A DNA stretch of 64,000 nt from Peribolospora baueri (lineage: Eukaryota). The notes beneath the pieces were generated by a model, which worked only from the letters and a program-made list of their open reading frames with translations, had not been told where the DNA came from and did no database searches. Shown here piece by piece: positions 49,837 to 62,301 of this stretch (within the stretch, counting starts at the first letter, position 1; the number at the start of each line of letters is the position of its first letter). Position numbers and translations under genes: made by a program. The DNA is taken from positions 1 to 64,000 of the forward strand of contig JAMDHS010000032.1 of assembly GCA_029717555.1 (NCBI GenBank), written 5' to 3'.

Positions 49837-51156
49837 ATGGGAGAATCTCGTCAAGAGCTCATTTCGTGGGTCAACGACCTGCTCCAGTTTAACTACACAA
49901 AGGTGGAGCAGATGGGCACTGGCGCGGCCTACTGCCAGATCATCGACTCCATCTACCGTGAGTGCCGGTGTTTCCTGAGAGAATTGGATGATGCACGCGT
50001 ATTGTCGGTGATCTTATATCCTTCCCGTTGCTCCATTTTGTATTTGACACGTAGTTAACGTTCCTTTGTCAAAGGTCAAGATGAACGCCAAGCACGAGTA
50101 CGAGTTCATTGGTAACTACAAGATCCTTCAGGAGACGTTCAAGAGGAACAGGATCGAAAAGGTGAGGCTCGGTCGAGAGTGGTCTGACCGTTCTGCCGCT
50201 CACCTATCGCACTCGCGCCTTCCTCACACCGAAAGCCCATTCCCGTAGAACGACTGATTAAATGCAAGATGCAGGACAATCTTGAGTTCCTTCAATGGAT
50301 TAAGAAGTTCTGGGACACCAACTTCCCCGGCCAGGCGTACGACCCCGTTGCCCGGCGAGCCGGTCGGGCCGGCGACCCCGCTCCTCTGCACGGCGCTACC
50401 ACCGTTGGTGGCGTCCACAAGGCCACGGGGGTTAAGAAGACCGTCGGAGGTGAGTGGCGTTTGGTCCACTTGCTCAATTTGACGTTGAGTTGTGTACCGC
50501 CGTAATGGCGGCGTGACGCCGAGCTGACCGGTATCTGCCCCACCTGTCCGTTCCACCTCGAAAATCGCCTGACCAGGTGCACCCCGAGCGCCAGGCGCGG
50601 GGACCACGGGCGCGGTGCCGAACGCGGCGCTCGAAGCCCTGACTGGTCAGATGGAGGAGATGAAGTTGAGCGTGGACAACCTCGAGAAGGAGAGGGACTT
50701 TTATTTCTCCAAGGTGAGTTGGTAGTTCCCCGTCTGGGGCCGCTACCATCCTCAATTGCGATCGCCGCCCTCCCGCATAGCAGAAATCAAGTCTGTGTAG
50801 CTCCTCGTTCTGAATAGATTTTTCTTTCTTCCTTTCACTCTGTGGATTCGGTCCGTCTTCATTGTAACATATAGTTGCGCGATATTGAAGTTCTCGTCCA
50901 GGCGCAGCTCGACTCGAGCGACGCGGCCGGCGAGACTGGTCCCGTCGTGGACGTGCTGAAGCAGATCCAGGCCATTCTCTATTCCACCGAGGTGAGCACC
51001 AGTCGTTCACGCCAGCTCTGTTTAAGCGAGGTAGCGTCGGAAAGCTCGAAAGAGGTGTGTCTGACTGCCTTCCAAATCTTCGTTGGATGCTCACAGGAGG
51101 GCTTCGAAGTGCCGGAAGGTGCCGGCCCGGCGCTGGACGAGGAGGAGACGTTCTGA
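49837..51156 (+). CDS. BIM1: EB1-family microtubule plus-end protein, multi-exon
   Basis: [54 protein letters not shown] and C-terminal EEETF. Confidence 0.96.
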
Positions 51157-52154
51157 TCTTTCTTTCGTTTTTCGGTCTCCCCTTCTCGAGAGCTCGAGAC
51201 CCCGATTCTCGTTTTGTGGAAGGGATCTCTATTTTGTCCGCCTTTTGCGTTTCTGGCATATTTAATCCCCATTCCAGTAGCATGGATTCCGAATACTCGA
51301 TCATCGTCTTTGTCGTCACACGGTCGCCGAGCCGCCCCCCCCCCGTCTTATCGGCCTTCCTTCTTCTTCCTTACCTTCATTTTCAATCCCGTTCCCCTTC
51401 CGTCGTTGTACAACCGATAACCCCGTCGCAACGATATCGAACTAGACGGTGTTCCAGGGCACAGTTTGCAATGGTTGTCGTCTTTGCAATGGTTATCGTC
51501 TGAATAGGACTGGAGCTTGTAACGGAGTCGAGCGGAAACGAGGTCGTAGGCAAGGAATAGACGAGTGACGAGTGAAGCTGGGAGTCAGCCCGAGCGAGGT
51601 CGAGGTGGGAACGGGGTAAGAGTCGAGATCGAGGTTGAAACCGAGATAGGGAAGGAACAAGGAAGGATTCACGAATGAACTAACTACCAGGAGGGATGTA
51701 AAAAAAAAAAAAAAAAAAAAAAAGGAGCCAGGTGGCTATGGTGAGAACAAGGTAGAACAAGGGGACACAAGGGTGAAACCAGGGCGAGAACTAAAGAGGC
51801 TACTAATGGGACGAGGCACGGAGACGCGAGGTTGTTCTGATCAGAGGTGCCGTACGGGGAGGCTCAGGCCGAAGTCTCAGATTCGAGGAGCGCTCTATAC
51901 TTCTTGACCTTTCTGCCGCTTGACGTCCCCCGTATTGCCTCGGCCGGGGCTGGTTGCTCTGTAACAGAAACGAGATAAGTGTGGATCGAATGTTCGTTCG
52001 GGCAAGTGGAGGGTGTGAGCGCCATCGGACGATCGCGGCGCCGCCGCCGCCATTCCAAAGTTGCAAAGGGGTGGAATTGAGAACGAGGAAACGTTGTGGT
52101 AACAGGTCCTGCCGCGTCATCCGTTCATATATCGTACAACATCGCATTCCCACT

Positions 52155-54647
52155 TTACTCGACCGGCACTGAAACTTCCCATTTCTCCAGCAGCGGCCTG
52201 ACCGCCTGATACTCCTTCTCGATCGTCCTAGCAATCTGTTTCGACCTCGGCTTGATCTCGCACTGGAAGGGCACGGGGGCAGTCAAGTGTCCCGGCTCGA
52301 AGGCGTCCTTGGAGACGGGGATGGGTCGACCGGTGGAGGGATCCTTCTTGAGGGTGTAGGTGAAGGCCCAGAGCAGCTTGGGGATGTTGATCTTGAGGCT
52401 GTTCTCTGCCACGTGCATGCCCAGGCAGATGCGACGGCCGGCGCCGTAGACGAAGGTGTTGCGCATGTCCTTGTCCGGCGCACCCGGCTTGAGGCCGTAC
52501 TCGTTCTCCAGAAAGCGTCTGCGCGGAGAGGACCGGGCCGAGGGGCAAAAACGAAAGAGGTTTGGAGAGAAAAGTTTCATGCGTCAGCGAAGACCACCTA
52601 GGGGATGCATCCCTTCCCAGTGACGGCGTGAGTAGAGTGATCCAACGGACGCTCACTCGGGAATGAACTCATCCGGACGATCGTACAGCTCCTCGTCGTG
52701 AAGCACAGCCCACGTGTTTTCAACGATGACGCTGCCTTTGGGAATGAACATGCCGTTAAATGTGTCGTCCTTCGTCGATACGTGAGGCACGCCGGCGGGG
52801 GCCACACTGCGGGGAGGGCAAAGGGGAAGGGGTCGAAGGGAAGCGACACGAGGTGGGGACGAGAGGTTTTCAACGTCAATGCGGGCTGACAGAAACCATT
52901 GAACGAGCGAGCCATAAACAGCCTTAGGCCTTGAAAACGACCATGACTCACGGCCTCCACCTCATGACCTCCCTGATGAAGGCGTAGCAGTACGGCAAGT
53001 TGTCAATGTCCTCGATAGTAGGCGACCGGTCCTCGCCCACCACTTCGTCCAGCTCTGCCCAAGCTTTTTGGAGAGTGTGAGGGTGGAGAACGGCACAGAG
53101 GACGAAGGTGAGGAGTGCACCAGAGGTGGTGTCGGAGCCGCCTTCGAGATTAGAGCACAAAGGGAACGACAACGGCATGTCAGCGCTCGTACGCGACATC
53201 GCGTCGCTGCTTGCACCGTTCGAAAGTCAAGCGAGTCGCACACGGGACTTTAGCACTGGCATTGAACATCACTCACCCTCCATCATGACGCCGCCATTCC
53301 AAGCGAGGGCCTCCTCGCTCAACCCAGTATCTTTCTCGATGAGCTTCTCCATCCAACAATCCGTACGAATGCCCATGGCCATCTTCTTCTTCAGCTCGCC
53401 ATACATTCTACGGAGGTAGAGATCCTTCATGTCGTTGCGGCATTTGCGCGCCATCGTCTTCCAGCTGGCCATGCTTTCGGGAAGGTATTTGAGAATGGGG
53501 AGGAGGTCCAGCGGGGGCGCAGCGCCGACTGAAACGGTCCCAAGAACGAGGAATCAACCGTCGGTTGCGAGTCACGCAGAAGCAGCCACCAGATACCGCT
53601 CTCAGTCAGGCCCTTCAACTCACCCTCCAAGAAGAAGTTGAAGGCGTGCTCGAGCCGGTAAAAGTCTTTGACGCTGAACCCGCTCTCGTCCACGCCGTCG
53701 AAGGTGGGCGCTCGCTTTCCGTAGGCAATGGTGAGTGTCAAGCTGGCGCTGTAGCGGCGCATTTCGGTGTAGAAGCCATCGGGGTTGTGGAGGACCTGCC
53801 ATGATGGGGTCAGGAGATGAAAAGGAAATCGGCCGGCGATGAGAATGTTTGTTCACCGGAACGACCGAATGACGAGCATGCACGCCGAAGCAAGACCCAC
53901 ATTGTATAATACGGCAGTACCCTCAGCCGTCTGGAGAGGGAGGTGGTCGCCGACGCGCTCCTTGGCGAGGACCGAGTTCCACAAGCGTCGATAAAAGCTG
54001 TTCTTTTGGCCGTTGACGAGAAGGATATGTTGGCCTCTGGAGATGAGCTATGGGGACGTAAGTAGACGAGCGAATGGACAATTAGCACGGCTGGCTACGG
54101 GCCGTCCTATCATCTCATCCGAGAGAACGACAGAGCGAGGGGAACGTCGCATCAGCTCAATACACATACGCACCTCGTCATTGATATGCATCGGCGGCCG
54201 GTCGCTAGTGATCCTGCTCTGCTTATCCAAGAAACCCTTAACAGAGGCGGCGTCGTTGAGAACGATCATATTGTTGCCGAACAACTTGAGCGAGATGACG
54301 GGGCCATACTGGCGGGCCCATTCCATGAACTTGCGCACAGGAAGGCGGGTGGATGGAGGGAGGGCAAAGTGAGCTCGCCGAATAGAGTAGAAGGACGGAA
54401 ACCACATGGAAAAACCTACTTTGAGATGGGCATACCTCGGCGGGATTGCCAGCAGGTTGCCTAAGACAGGGGTGGTGGGCGGGCCAGGCGGAAGGCCCTT
54501 CTCGCGCGTGCCGACGCGGGAGAGGTAGAGCACTCCTGCGAAAAGCACGCCGACGAGAGCGACGAGGGCTACCTGGAAGGGAGCATATGGACGATCGTGG
54601 CCGAAGAGCGAAGGAGGGAGTTGAAGAGACTCGAAGCGCAGAACCAT
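52155..54647 (-). CDS. Cytochrome P450, multi-exon
   Basis: N-terminal TM plus PPGP..PVLGN, I-helix EG|GSDTT, EVMRWRP (ExxR), PE|RF and heme motif YGAGRRICLG. Confidence 0.93.
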
Positions 54648-54982
54648 GGTCGCAGGCACGTCCTTCTTCGGTGGCTGTGAGGAGACGGGCTGAAGAAGTC
54701 CTGGTTGACGTGTATGAAGAGCCGATTTGCATTGGCTGCTGGACGATCAGCTTTTAAGTACACGAGCTCCTGTTCGAGGTGGAGCGCGCAGTAGGGCGAT
54801 TGAACGCGGCGTCGGTTTTTTCGGACGCCAAGCTCGGGGCCCCGGACGTCAGTATGCGACGGAACTTGGCCCGAGCGCAGGCGGCGGATTAATCCATGTG
54901 CGGAGGCTTGCGGCCTCAGGCCCGCTGGACACGCCAAGTTGTGGAGAAAGATGTGGAGGCCTGCTGGAAAGAACAGAACTGC

Positions 54983-55010
54983 CGGAAGTCGGAAGTCGGA
55001 AGTCGGAAGT
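54983..55010. repeat. (CGGAAGT)x4 tandem array between the P450 and U2 genes
   Basis: Read directly from the sequence. Confidence 0.85.
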
Positions 55011-55447
55011 GGAGGTCTCCTCCGACATCGGTCTGTTTGCCTTGCTCGATGCGGGGAAGGACGCAGATCTGACTACGGAGAGCGCGGCTCCTCTGAAACG
55101 GCGTCGAGCGGAGGCCGTCTCATTCCCGGAGGCGGATTGTCGGAGCGGACGAGGGGCAGATAGATGACCGTTATGAGAAACGGCCAAGAACGACGACAGA
55201 CATGTCCGGCTGAAAGGTTCTGCTCTGTCTTAGGAGCAAGATGCCCATGGTCCGTGCGAGACATCCATGGCGCGCACTAGAGATGGTCCACGTGATGATC
55301 GCCGCTCGTGCCGGGACGGAAGAAGCGGGCCGAGCAACCACAAGCAAACGGACCGAGCACCTCGGAGTTTCGGCGATTGCAAAGAAAACGCCGACACGAC
55401 TGCGGCATTGACTCACGCCGAGCTCCGACCCGGCCGGACCACGAGAG

Positions 55448-55455
55448 TATATAAG
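55448..55455 (+). promoter_or_regulatory. TATA box of the U2 snRNA gene
   Basis: TATATAAG about 36-43 nt upstream of the U2 5' end. Confidence 0.7.
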
Positions 55456-55490
55456 GGCAGCCTGGAGGGGCATCCCCCTTCTTGTTCCAC

Positions 55491-55675
55491 ATCCTCTCTG
55501 GCCTTTTGGCTTAGATCAAGTGTAGTATCTGTTCTTAGTAGTCTAACCGCTACTATTCATCGTTTTCGATGAAATTGTCGGTTAATCACTTTTTGTCGGT
55601 GGGTCGCGCGTAGGAGCTTGCTCCTCGCGCGACGCGGATGACCTTGGCCTTACACTCGCGCCTTGCGTCGTCCAC
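55491..55675 (+). ncRNA. U2: U2 spliceosomal snRNA
   Basis: Conserved 5' core GCCTTTTGGCTTAGATCAAGTGTAGTATCTGTTCT including the branch-recognition GUAGUA (55522-55527). Stem IIa TAGTAG/CTACTA, stem IIb TTCATCG/CGATGAA, IIc complement CGGTTA, Sm-like ACTTTTTG, and stems III and IV can all form. Confidence 0.96.
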
Positions 55676-55685
55676 CATGCTCTTG

Positions 55686-55723
55686 AGCCCCTTCCTCCCC
55701 TTAGGGGAGGGAGGGGCTTTTTT
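55686..55723 (+). terminator. GC-rich hairpin plus T-run just downstream of U2; candidate 3'-processing or termination signal
   Basis: AGCCCCTTCCTCCCC-TTA-GGGGAGGGAGGGGCT forms a 15-bp stem with one G-U pair, followed by TTTTT. Confidence 0.55.
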
Positions 55724-55906
55724 GCGTTAGGACCCCCCGAGCAAGGCCGCCGCCTTTTGCATGGCATGAATCCAACCGAATGTTTACTAGAATCGGGCAG
55801 GATGGAGGAATCTCATCGCATCGGACAGCTTTTTGACGACCGTTTGCATCCTGCTATAACTACATCGGCATTGCTAGGTATGAAAGAAGAACGAGCGAGC
55901 ACGCGT

Positions 55907-58900
55907 TTAAATAGGGGGTAGCACACGGCGACAGGACGGGCACTCTTGCTGCAAGGGGGATCCGGAAGGAAGAAAGGAAGGGTATCAGATCGGCACACAG
56001 CAGAGGAACGCCACCCGATTCGAGAAAAGTGCCAGCTTGCTTACCTTGATGCTCAGCCACCTTTCGAGACAGCCTGTGGCGTCGAGAAACCGGACAGCGC
56101 TGTTGAGCTCGAGTTGATCGCCGAACGGCGACCCACGTTCCCACTCACCAGTATGGAAGATGTGATGGCAAGGAGCAACCATGACATTCCGTCTCCTGCT
56201 CCGCAGACCGAAGCCGGTGCCGAGCAGCCCATCGAGCGCGCTGCTTCCCTTCTCAGACCCATCTGCCGCCGCCGACGACCCTGCTGCTCCTTGATCCCCG
56301 CCTGCGCCCGTGACGTCGTCCGAGTCAAAGATGGGGTCGAGGCAAATGGCACATTCGCCGAGTGGCTGCGACGGCGCTTCGGGGTCGGGCATCGGCAGAG
56401 GAGGGTGCCAGTCCCAGGTTGTAGACGCCGGTTGGAACTAGCGCGATGGGAGATAGGGAATGAGTGACGTACAACCGGGAGAAATAGACACGTAACTGTC
56501 GCCCGACTTACCCGTCGAGGAATGAAAAAACGCGGACCGAGCATGTCCTGGGCGAAAAGCATAAGCGCCTGGAAGGAAACCCATAGCGCAACGAGCCAGA
56601 TCCAATCTGATAAAAAAGGCCAGACATGTCAGACAAGGTGTGGTCGACCTCTGGACGACAAACTTTATCGACAAGACTAAACCCATCACCCACCGTTGCT
56701 CTCTTGGAACAGCACGTTCCTCGGACATGCATAAATATAAAGCGGGAGGAACAGCCTCGCCGCGCTGGTGAAAAAGATAAACTCCCATGTCAAGCCCCGT
56801 CGAGAGCCGCGTTTAGCGTTACGATAGATCTGGGGAAGCCAGAAGGAGAAGAGGATCGGGATGACCAGCGTCTCTATCGGCCACGGGAAGAAGATGATGA
56901 GCGTGATCGCGCCGACGACGGTGAACACGAAATCTGCCGCGGGGTAATGAGGGAGAACAGAGAGGCGCTGTTCCGTCAGCACTTGCGCTCCAGCTGCCAC
57001 AATGAGCTCGCTGAAGGGCGAGGGTGAGAGCAGAGAATAGGACGCACATGGGATCTGTATATGAGCCATCAACGTCCCAGGGACGTTAACATCGGTCGGG
57101 GGAGGCGGAGGCGTCATAGGCGGAATAGCGGTGGCAGCCTCCACAGTACTACGTCCTAGCAAAGGATCGAGCTGGTCATCGCGAGACTCGCCCTCCTCCC
57201 TAGCGTTCTCAGCAGGAGCAGCAATCTCTGCCTGCGCACGCTCCATCCGCTCCCGCCTCGCTTGTGATTCCTCCGTATTTCTCGGCGGAGGCTCGAGCGG
57301 TGCTGATTCTGGTGAACTATTTGGCTGCGAAGTGTGCATGGTAGTCCCGCCGCCGGACGGTGGAGCTGCTGGAGTTTGTGGCGTCTCAGAGGTCGTCTGC
57401 GGCGCTGCGGCGCGCTGCTCGGGCAGTTGAACGTGGAAGATGAGCATTGCGTATCGAAGATTGAAAGCTAAGAAAAGGATGCAGTAGAGAAACGAAGGCC
57501 CCAGCAGCGGCAGAGTCGCGTTGTTGTCTGTAGAGAAGTGCAAAGGACACAGGCAGAGTGGCGTGAGGACAGCGACGATCGATGATACCATGTTTTCAGG
57601 TTCAACAGCCTCTTCCCTTTCGCAATAAGCGAGACTCAACTCACCAGATACAATCGCGACAATAAGGTGGGTTATCCAAGTATACCCGTCCGCGAATGCC
57701 ATGCAGCCGAATGAATAGAATGAGAGCTTGGCCAGCCCCTGTGGACGGACAGAATCAGTTGTTGCAGCATGAAAGGGCAAATCATATGAGCGGAAGTCAC
57801 CCTCGACATATGGCATCTAAAAATCCAACGTACCGACGGCGTCCTCGTATGCTCCATCTGCCTAACAGTCACCCAAGCTGTCATCAACCCCGCCGCGGCT
57901 AAAGCGCCCGCATACCTCGTCGTCTTCCTCCAGAAGTTCTCCATCCGCAGACCTTCAGCGCTTCGAGCGTCGACGACGAGTTCGCAATCGGGACTCCACA
58001 TGGTCGAAGAGAGCAGGAGGCGGGGAAGCGATGAGGCTGAAGAGACTGGACCGAGGATGCCGCTGGGATTCAGAATCTCGGCCTCGAGGAGAGGAAGCGG
58101 AAGCGGAAGCTTGTTCGGGTCGAGCGCATGGAGGTGAGAGGCAATGAGGAAGGTGCAGTTCGCGGGCGATGCAGAGATGAAGGCTAGAAGGAATAATGAA
58201 GAAGCAGAGATGAAATGAGCCTTCACTAATGTTCCAATGCCATATTGGAGCCTAAATATCGGATGCGTACCACCACTGCTGTCATCCGTGTCGACTTTAT
58301 CGATTGCCCTTTGTATACGCTCGATCCGGTTGTCCAGCTCTTCCTCAATTGCGGCCACGCTAATGTTCAAAGTGGGAAGATCTGGTGGGACGAGCGCGAG
58401 AACCTGTCGTATGTCCGTCGGAGAGCTGTTCCAAAGACACCAGGAAGATGTCAGGGAGTTACGCGCCACTTCGCATTGGAAGGGCAAGCTTTCAAAAAAG
58501 AATGAACGCCCACCTTCTATCCTGGGGCACGCCTACCAAGTAGAAGCTCCCGTTCCGAACAAAGTGCAGACCGTCGATGCGAAGATCTGCTGTAGTGGAA
58601 CGATCCGCAGAGATCAAGTCGAGGCTTCCCTGAGCTCCGGGCGGGCGAGCGTGTCAATCAGCAAGGTCTCTTTGACCAAAACACAAATTATTGATTATAA
58701 GAAAAATCTCGGACGGCCCATGCTCACCCGCAGAACAGCTACCTCGTCTCCTAGAAGCGGCTCTTCCCTTACGTTGAAGCTGACCTTGCCTAAATCCTCA
58801 CCGCCCACACCCGTGCCTTTCTTTCCCTCCCATCCATTCACCGGCCACCGATCTTGGGGCAGAGAGAACGCAGACGCGTTGGAAAAGGTCCAAGGGAACG

Positions 58901-59807
58901 TCCCCCGGCGTTCTTCCAACGTTTGAACGTCGGAGGTCTCGGTGGTGTTGCTTATGTTGTGGTATCCGGTCTCGCCCGTCAAGCTGACATTCCTTGCCCG
59001 TTCCCCCACTGTTCGTACGTGTGAAGGGACCCATCCATCGCCTGTGGGAGCCCACTGGTGCGTGACAGATGACCCGCCCTTCGGTGGCGCGGAAACGTGA
59101 CCGGCTCCTCCCGGGATGCCGCTGCTTACTCCTGTCTCATTGGCAAAAAAGTTGCGAGCAGCCCAGAAACCCTTGAAGAAGCCGGTGACGTTGTGATAGT
59201 ATAGCGGCGGCGGCAGTACAGGTTCTGAGGGGTATGAGGCCGGTTCTCGAAATTGCGGTAGCAAAAGGGGGGCTAGCTCTGATGGCGGTATATCCTAAGG
59301 GTAGGCGTTCAAGCGAGAAGCACAAACGTCAGCTGCGTGAGAGGCGCAAACCATTCGATCGCGAGCTCACCAGTAGAAGCTCATCCACATCGGTCTCATT
59401 CGCTTTCTTCGCATCTTCTTCCTCCTTTTTCCCTTGAGTTCCATCTGGTACGTCCAAACTGGCGTTCTTTGGTGGCGGAGGCGCCCAAGCCGTACCGTTC
59501 GCCCTGTCCGCCCACCATCGTTCCAGACCAAGCTTCTGGCGCTCGCGAAGGTGCAGCTGTTGCTGGAGGGACTCTATCATCGAGAGATCAGGGATAGTAT
59601 ATGAAGTGAGGTACCATAAGAAAACGAAGAGGACGAGAATGAAAGTCGGAGCTGCGATGGGCGGATGGGTGAGCAAATTGCATGTATCGATCTATCAGCA
59701 GCTGGGCCTTCTTCTGGAAAGAGAGGCAGCCGAGACTCATCGTGAGCCCCGCCATATCAGTGTCACTCACAAGCTCTCGGCCTCGCAGCCCTTTCGGGGG
59801 CGTCCAT
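55907..59807 (-). CDS. TUL1: Golgi DSC-complex RING-H2 E3 ligase Tul1/Dsc1, multi-exon
   Basis: YYHNVTGFFKG, TDIRQVLALVP, SPDC, QMEHTRTPS|LAKLSFYSF, SFWLPQIYRNAKRGS..RLFLPLYIYACPRN, QDMLGPRFFIP and RING CAIC..PCHHIFH..CLERW..CPSCR. Confidence 0.92.
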
Positions 59808-59988
59808 GGGAGGGCTTTCTTGAAGGTCCCAGCTGATCTTGTAGCGAACCTAGTCCCCATTCCCCTTGCGAAATCAGTTATGCTGGCGCCGAGTTGCCTC
59901 ACTGCTTGTCGCTGCGGCAAACCCCCGATCACTTACACCCGAGGGCTCCGGACGTCGAACCGCATTCTTCTTGACCTTCATGTTGACC

Positions 59989-61820
59989 ATGCCTCCTCCA
60001 CCGACACCGGACGCGAGCAAATTGGGAAGGAGAAGAAGCCTTTTCAAACCATGCATCGATCTGCACGACGGTGTTGTTAAGCAGATTGTTGGAGGGTCGC
60101 TATCCGAACGAGCGCCCGCGGAACTAAAGACCAACTTTGTCGCGACGTGAGCAATGGTCCCATCATCCTCTTCGCTCGTACGGTTAAGGTTTGGGCACTT
60201 TGCCACGGGTTGAGCCTGGGTGGAGGCTCTCGGTTTGTCTTTGATATTCGCTCATACCTTTTTGTATGCTTCTTCTTACTTTGCAAATATGGTCTTATGG
60301 ACACAGCCAAACTCCGGCTGAGTACGCAGAGCTTTATAGGAAACACGACCTCCGAGGCGGGCACGTAATAAAACTGGGGCCCAACAACGACGAGGCTGCG
60401 AAACAAGCTCTCAAAGCCTGGCCAGGTGTGTTATACGGGGCGAATTACCTCTCTTTTCTTTCAATACCCTCCGGATTCTGGCACCCGTCTGGCATTGGTA
60501 ACGCTGTCGCTAGCCGTTCTCTTACCCTTCTCTGCTTACACTTAACGACCCGTGCTCGTCCTTTCGTTGCTTAGGCGCACTGCAGGTCGGAGGTGGGATC
60601 AACGATTCAAATGCTCTCTCGTGGCTGGAGGCTGGTGCCGAGAAGGTGAGGAAACAGCGTGTCCTTTCGGGAGATCGCTTTCCCTCTCCTCGATTCGTTT
60701 ATGACCCTCCCTTCCCCGATGGACGAAGGTTCTGACTACCATGTCCTGATTCGCCGTGCTCCATGTGCACCTTCACGGCTTGATCAGGTCATTGTTACTT
60801 CTTTCCTCTTTCCCTCTGCCCGGTTCTCGCTCGAGCGCTTGGAGGCACTGGCCAAAACAGTGGGCAAGGAGCGATTGGTGATTGACGTAAGGTCAGTTTA
60901 ATCTTGTCAGGTACCGGCTTGTGCTAATATTGAGCTGCCAAAACGGAACCGTCGGGCTGCATGTCTTTATGGTAGCTTTATATACATGCATTCACTTGAA
61001 CGGTCTTTGTTTATGCACCGGATGATTACAGTTGTCGGAGACGGGAGGGTAAATGGATCGTGGCGATGAACAAGTGGCAAGACATGACGGATATGGAAGT
61101 CAACAAGGGTGAGTGTGCTTCCGCTGCGTCGTCGCTTCTTGTTAAAACTTCATTTTTGTCGCTCTGGTGTCTAAGTGCTTATGCCTTGACTGTATCCCAT
61201 GTTCACCGCAGCGTCGCTCGACATGCTCTCTGAGTACTGCAGGTGAGAATACTAAGACAGGGATCGAGGTGATGAGTCGGTCATTCCGTCAACGCTAAAG
61301 CACCCTGCGGTCTCGTTGCTTTTTCCGCCGATCTCCCCATGCTTTTTCTCGAGCAGCGAGTTCCTGATTCACGCTGCAGACGTGGAGGGCCTTTGTCAAG
61401 GCATCGATGAGGAGCTTGTTCAACGTAAGTGCTTGCAGATTATCTTTGTAAAAGATGGTATATATCTTCTCACTTCTTGCACCTTTCGTCTCGTCCCAAG
61501 GCCTAGGAGAGTGGGTGACTATTCCCACGACGTATGCGGGAGGAGCAAAAGGTGAGTCGTCGTCGTCCGCATGCGTACGAGAGGATGTGATGATGTACAA
61601 GCCTGACTTGCGCCATCCGGACATCCCACTCCTTTGTATCGGTTCCCGGTGCTCGTTTCTTTTCTCCCTAGCACTGTCTGATCTCGCGCTGGTGGACAAA
61701 TTCTCTTCCGGCAAGGTCGACCTGACGTTCGGAAGTGCTTTGGATATCTTTGGCGGCAACAAGGTGCGCTTGTCCGACCTGGTGAGGTGGAATGACGAAG
61801 CGAAGGCTTCTTTGGAATAA
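59989..61820 (+). CDS. HIS6: ProFAR isomerase (HisA-type), multi-exon
   Basis: [59 protein letters not shown] and [13 protein letters not shown]. Confidence 0.95.
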
Positions 61821-62301
61821 GTAGAATAGAATAGATGTGTCTCATTCCGAATGAACGAGGATATTGCAAGGATGACAATGCGAGCAAGCTTATTCGAGGC
61901 AGAGCGAGCGTCAAAGCGCTTACTTGCTGAGAAAGCACCGAGCATCGACATCTTACCCGACCCCCTTGGCCGGCCAAGTGGATCGTGATTGGGCCAGTCT
62001 AACATGCTATTCACCGCACGTATGGACAGTCTCTGGTTCAGCAGAGCTATATTTCAAAACAGCCAACGTGCTCAGGGTCTGTCTCGTATGGAGACACAGG
62101 ATAGACCTGGATAATACGATGACACTGTTGTCACGAAGTGTGATGTCGTCACAGCTGAGGCACAGTGGAAACCAGAAAGACAACGAGACGAGAGCGAAAG
62201 GAGTGACTACATAGATGGGGGATCTGCTGATGCCTTTGCCGCAAACCATCAGCGAGCAAGAACTGTCCCACTGCGGCAACCTTATACAAACACGGGCTAC
62301 C

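Noticed and set aside
16293..51156. ARP1 and BIM1 as a microtubule gene cluster; P450 as a biosynthetic cluster
   Set aside because: ARP1 and BIM1 are over 30 kb apart among unrelated genes, and the P450 has no backbone enzyme, transporter or regulator nearby.
51700..51723. 24-nt poly-A run
   Set aside because: No flanking target-site duplication or element body; ordinary 3' intergenic homopolymer.
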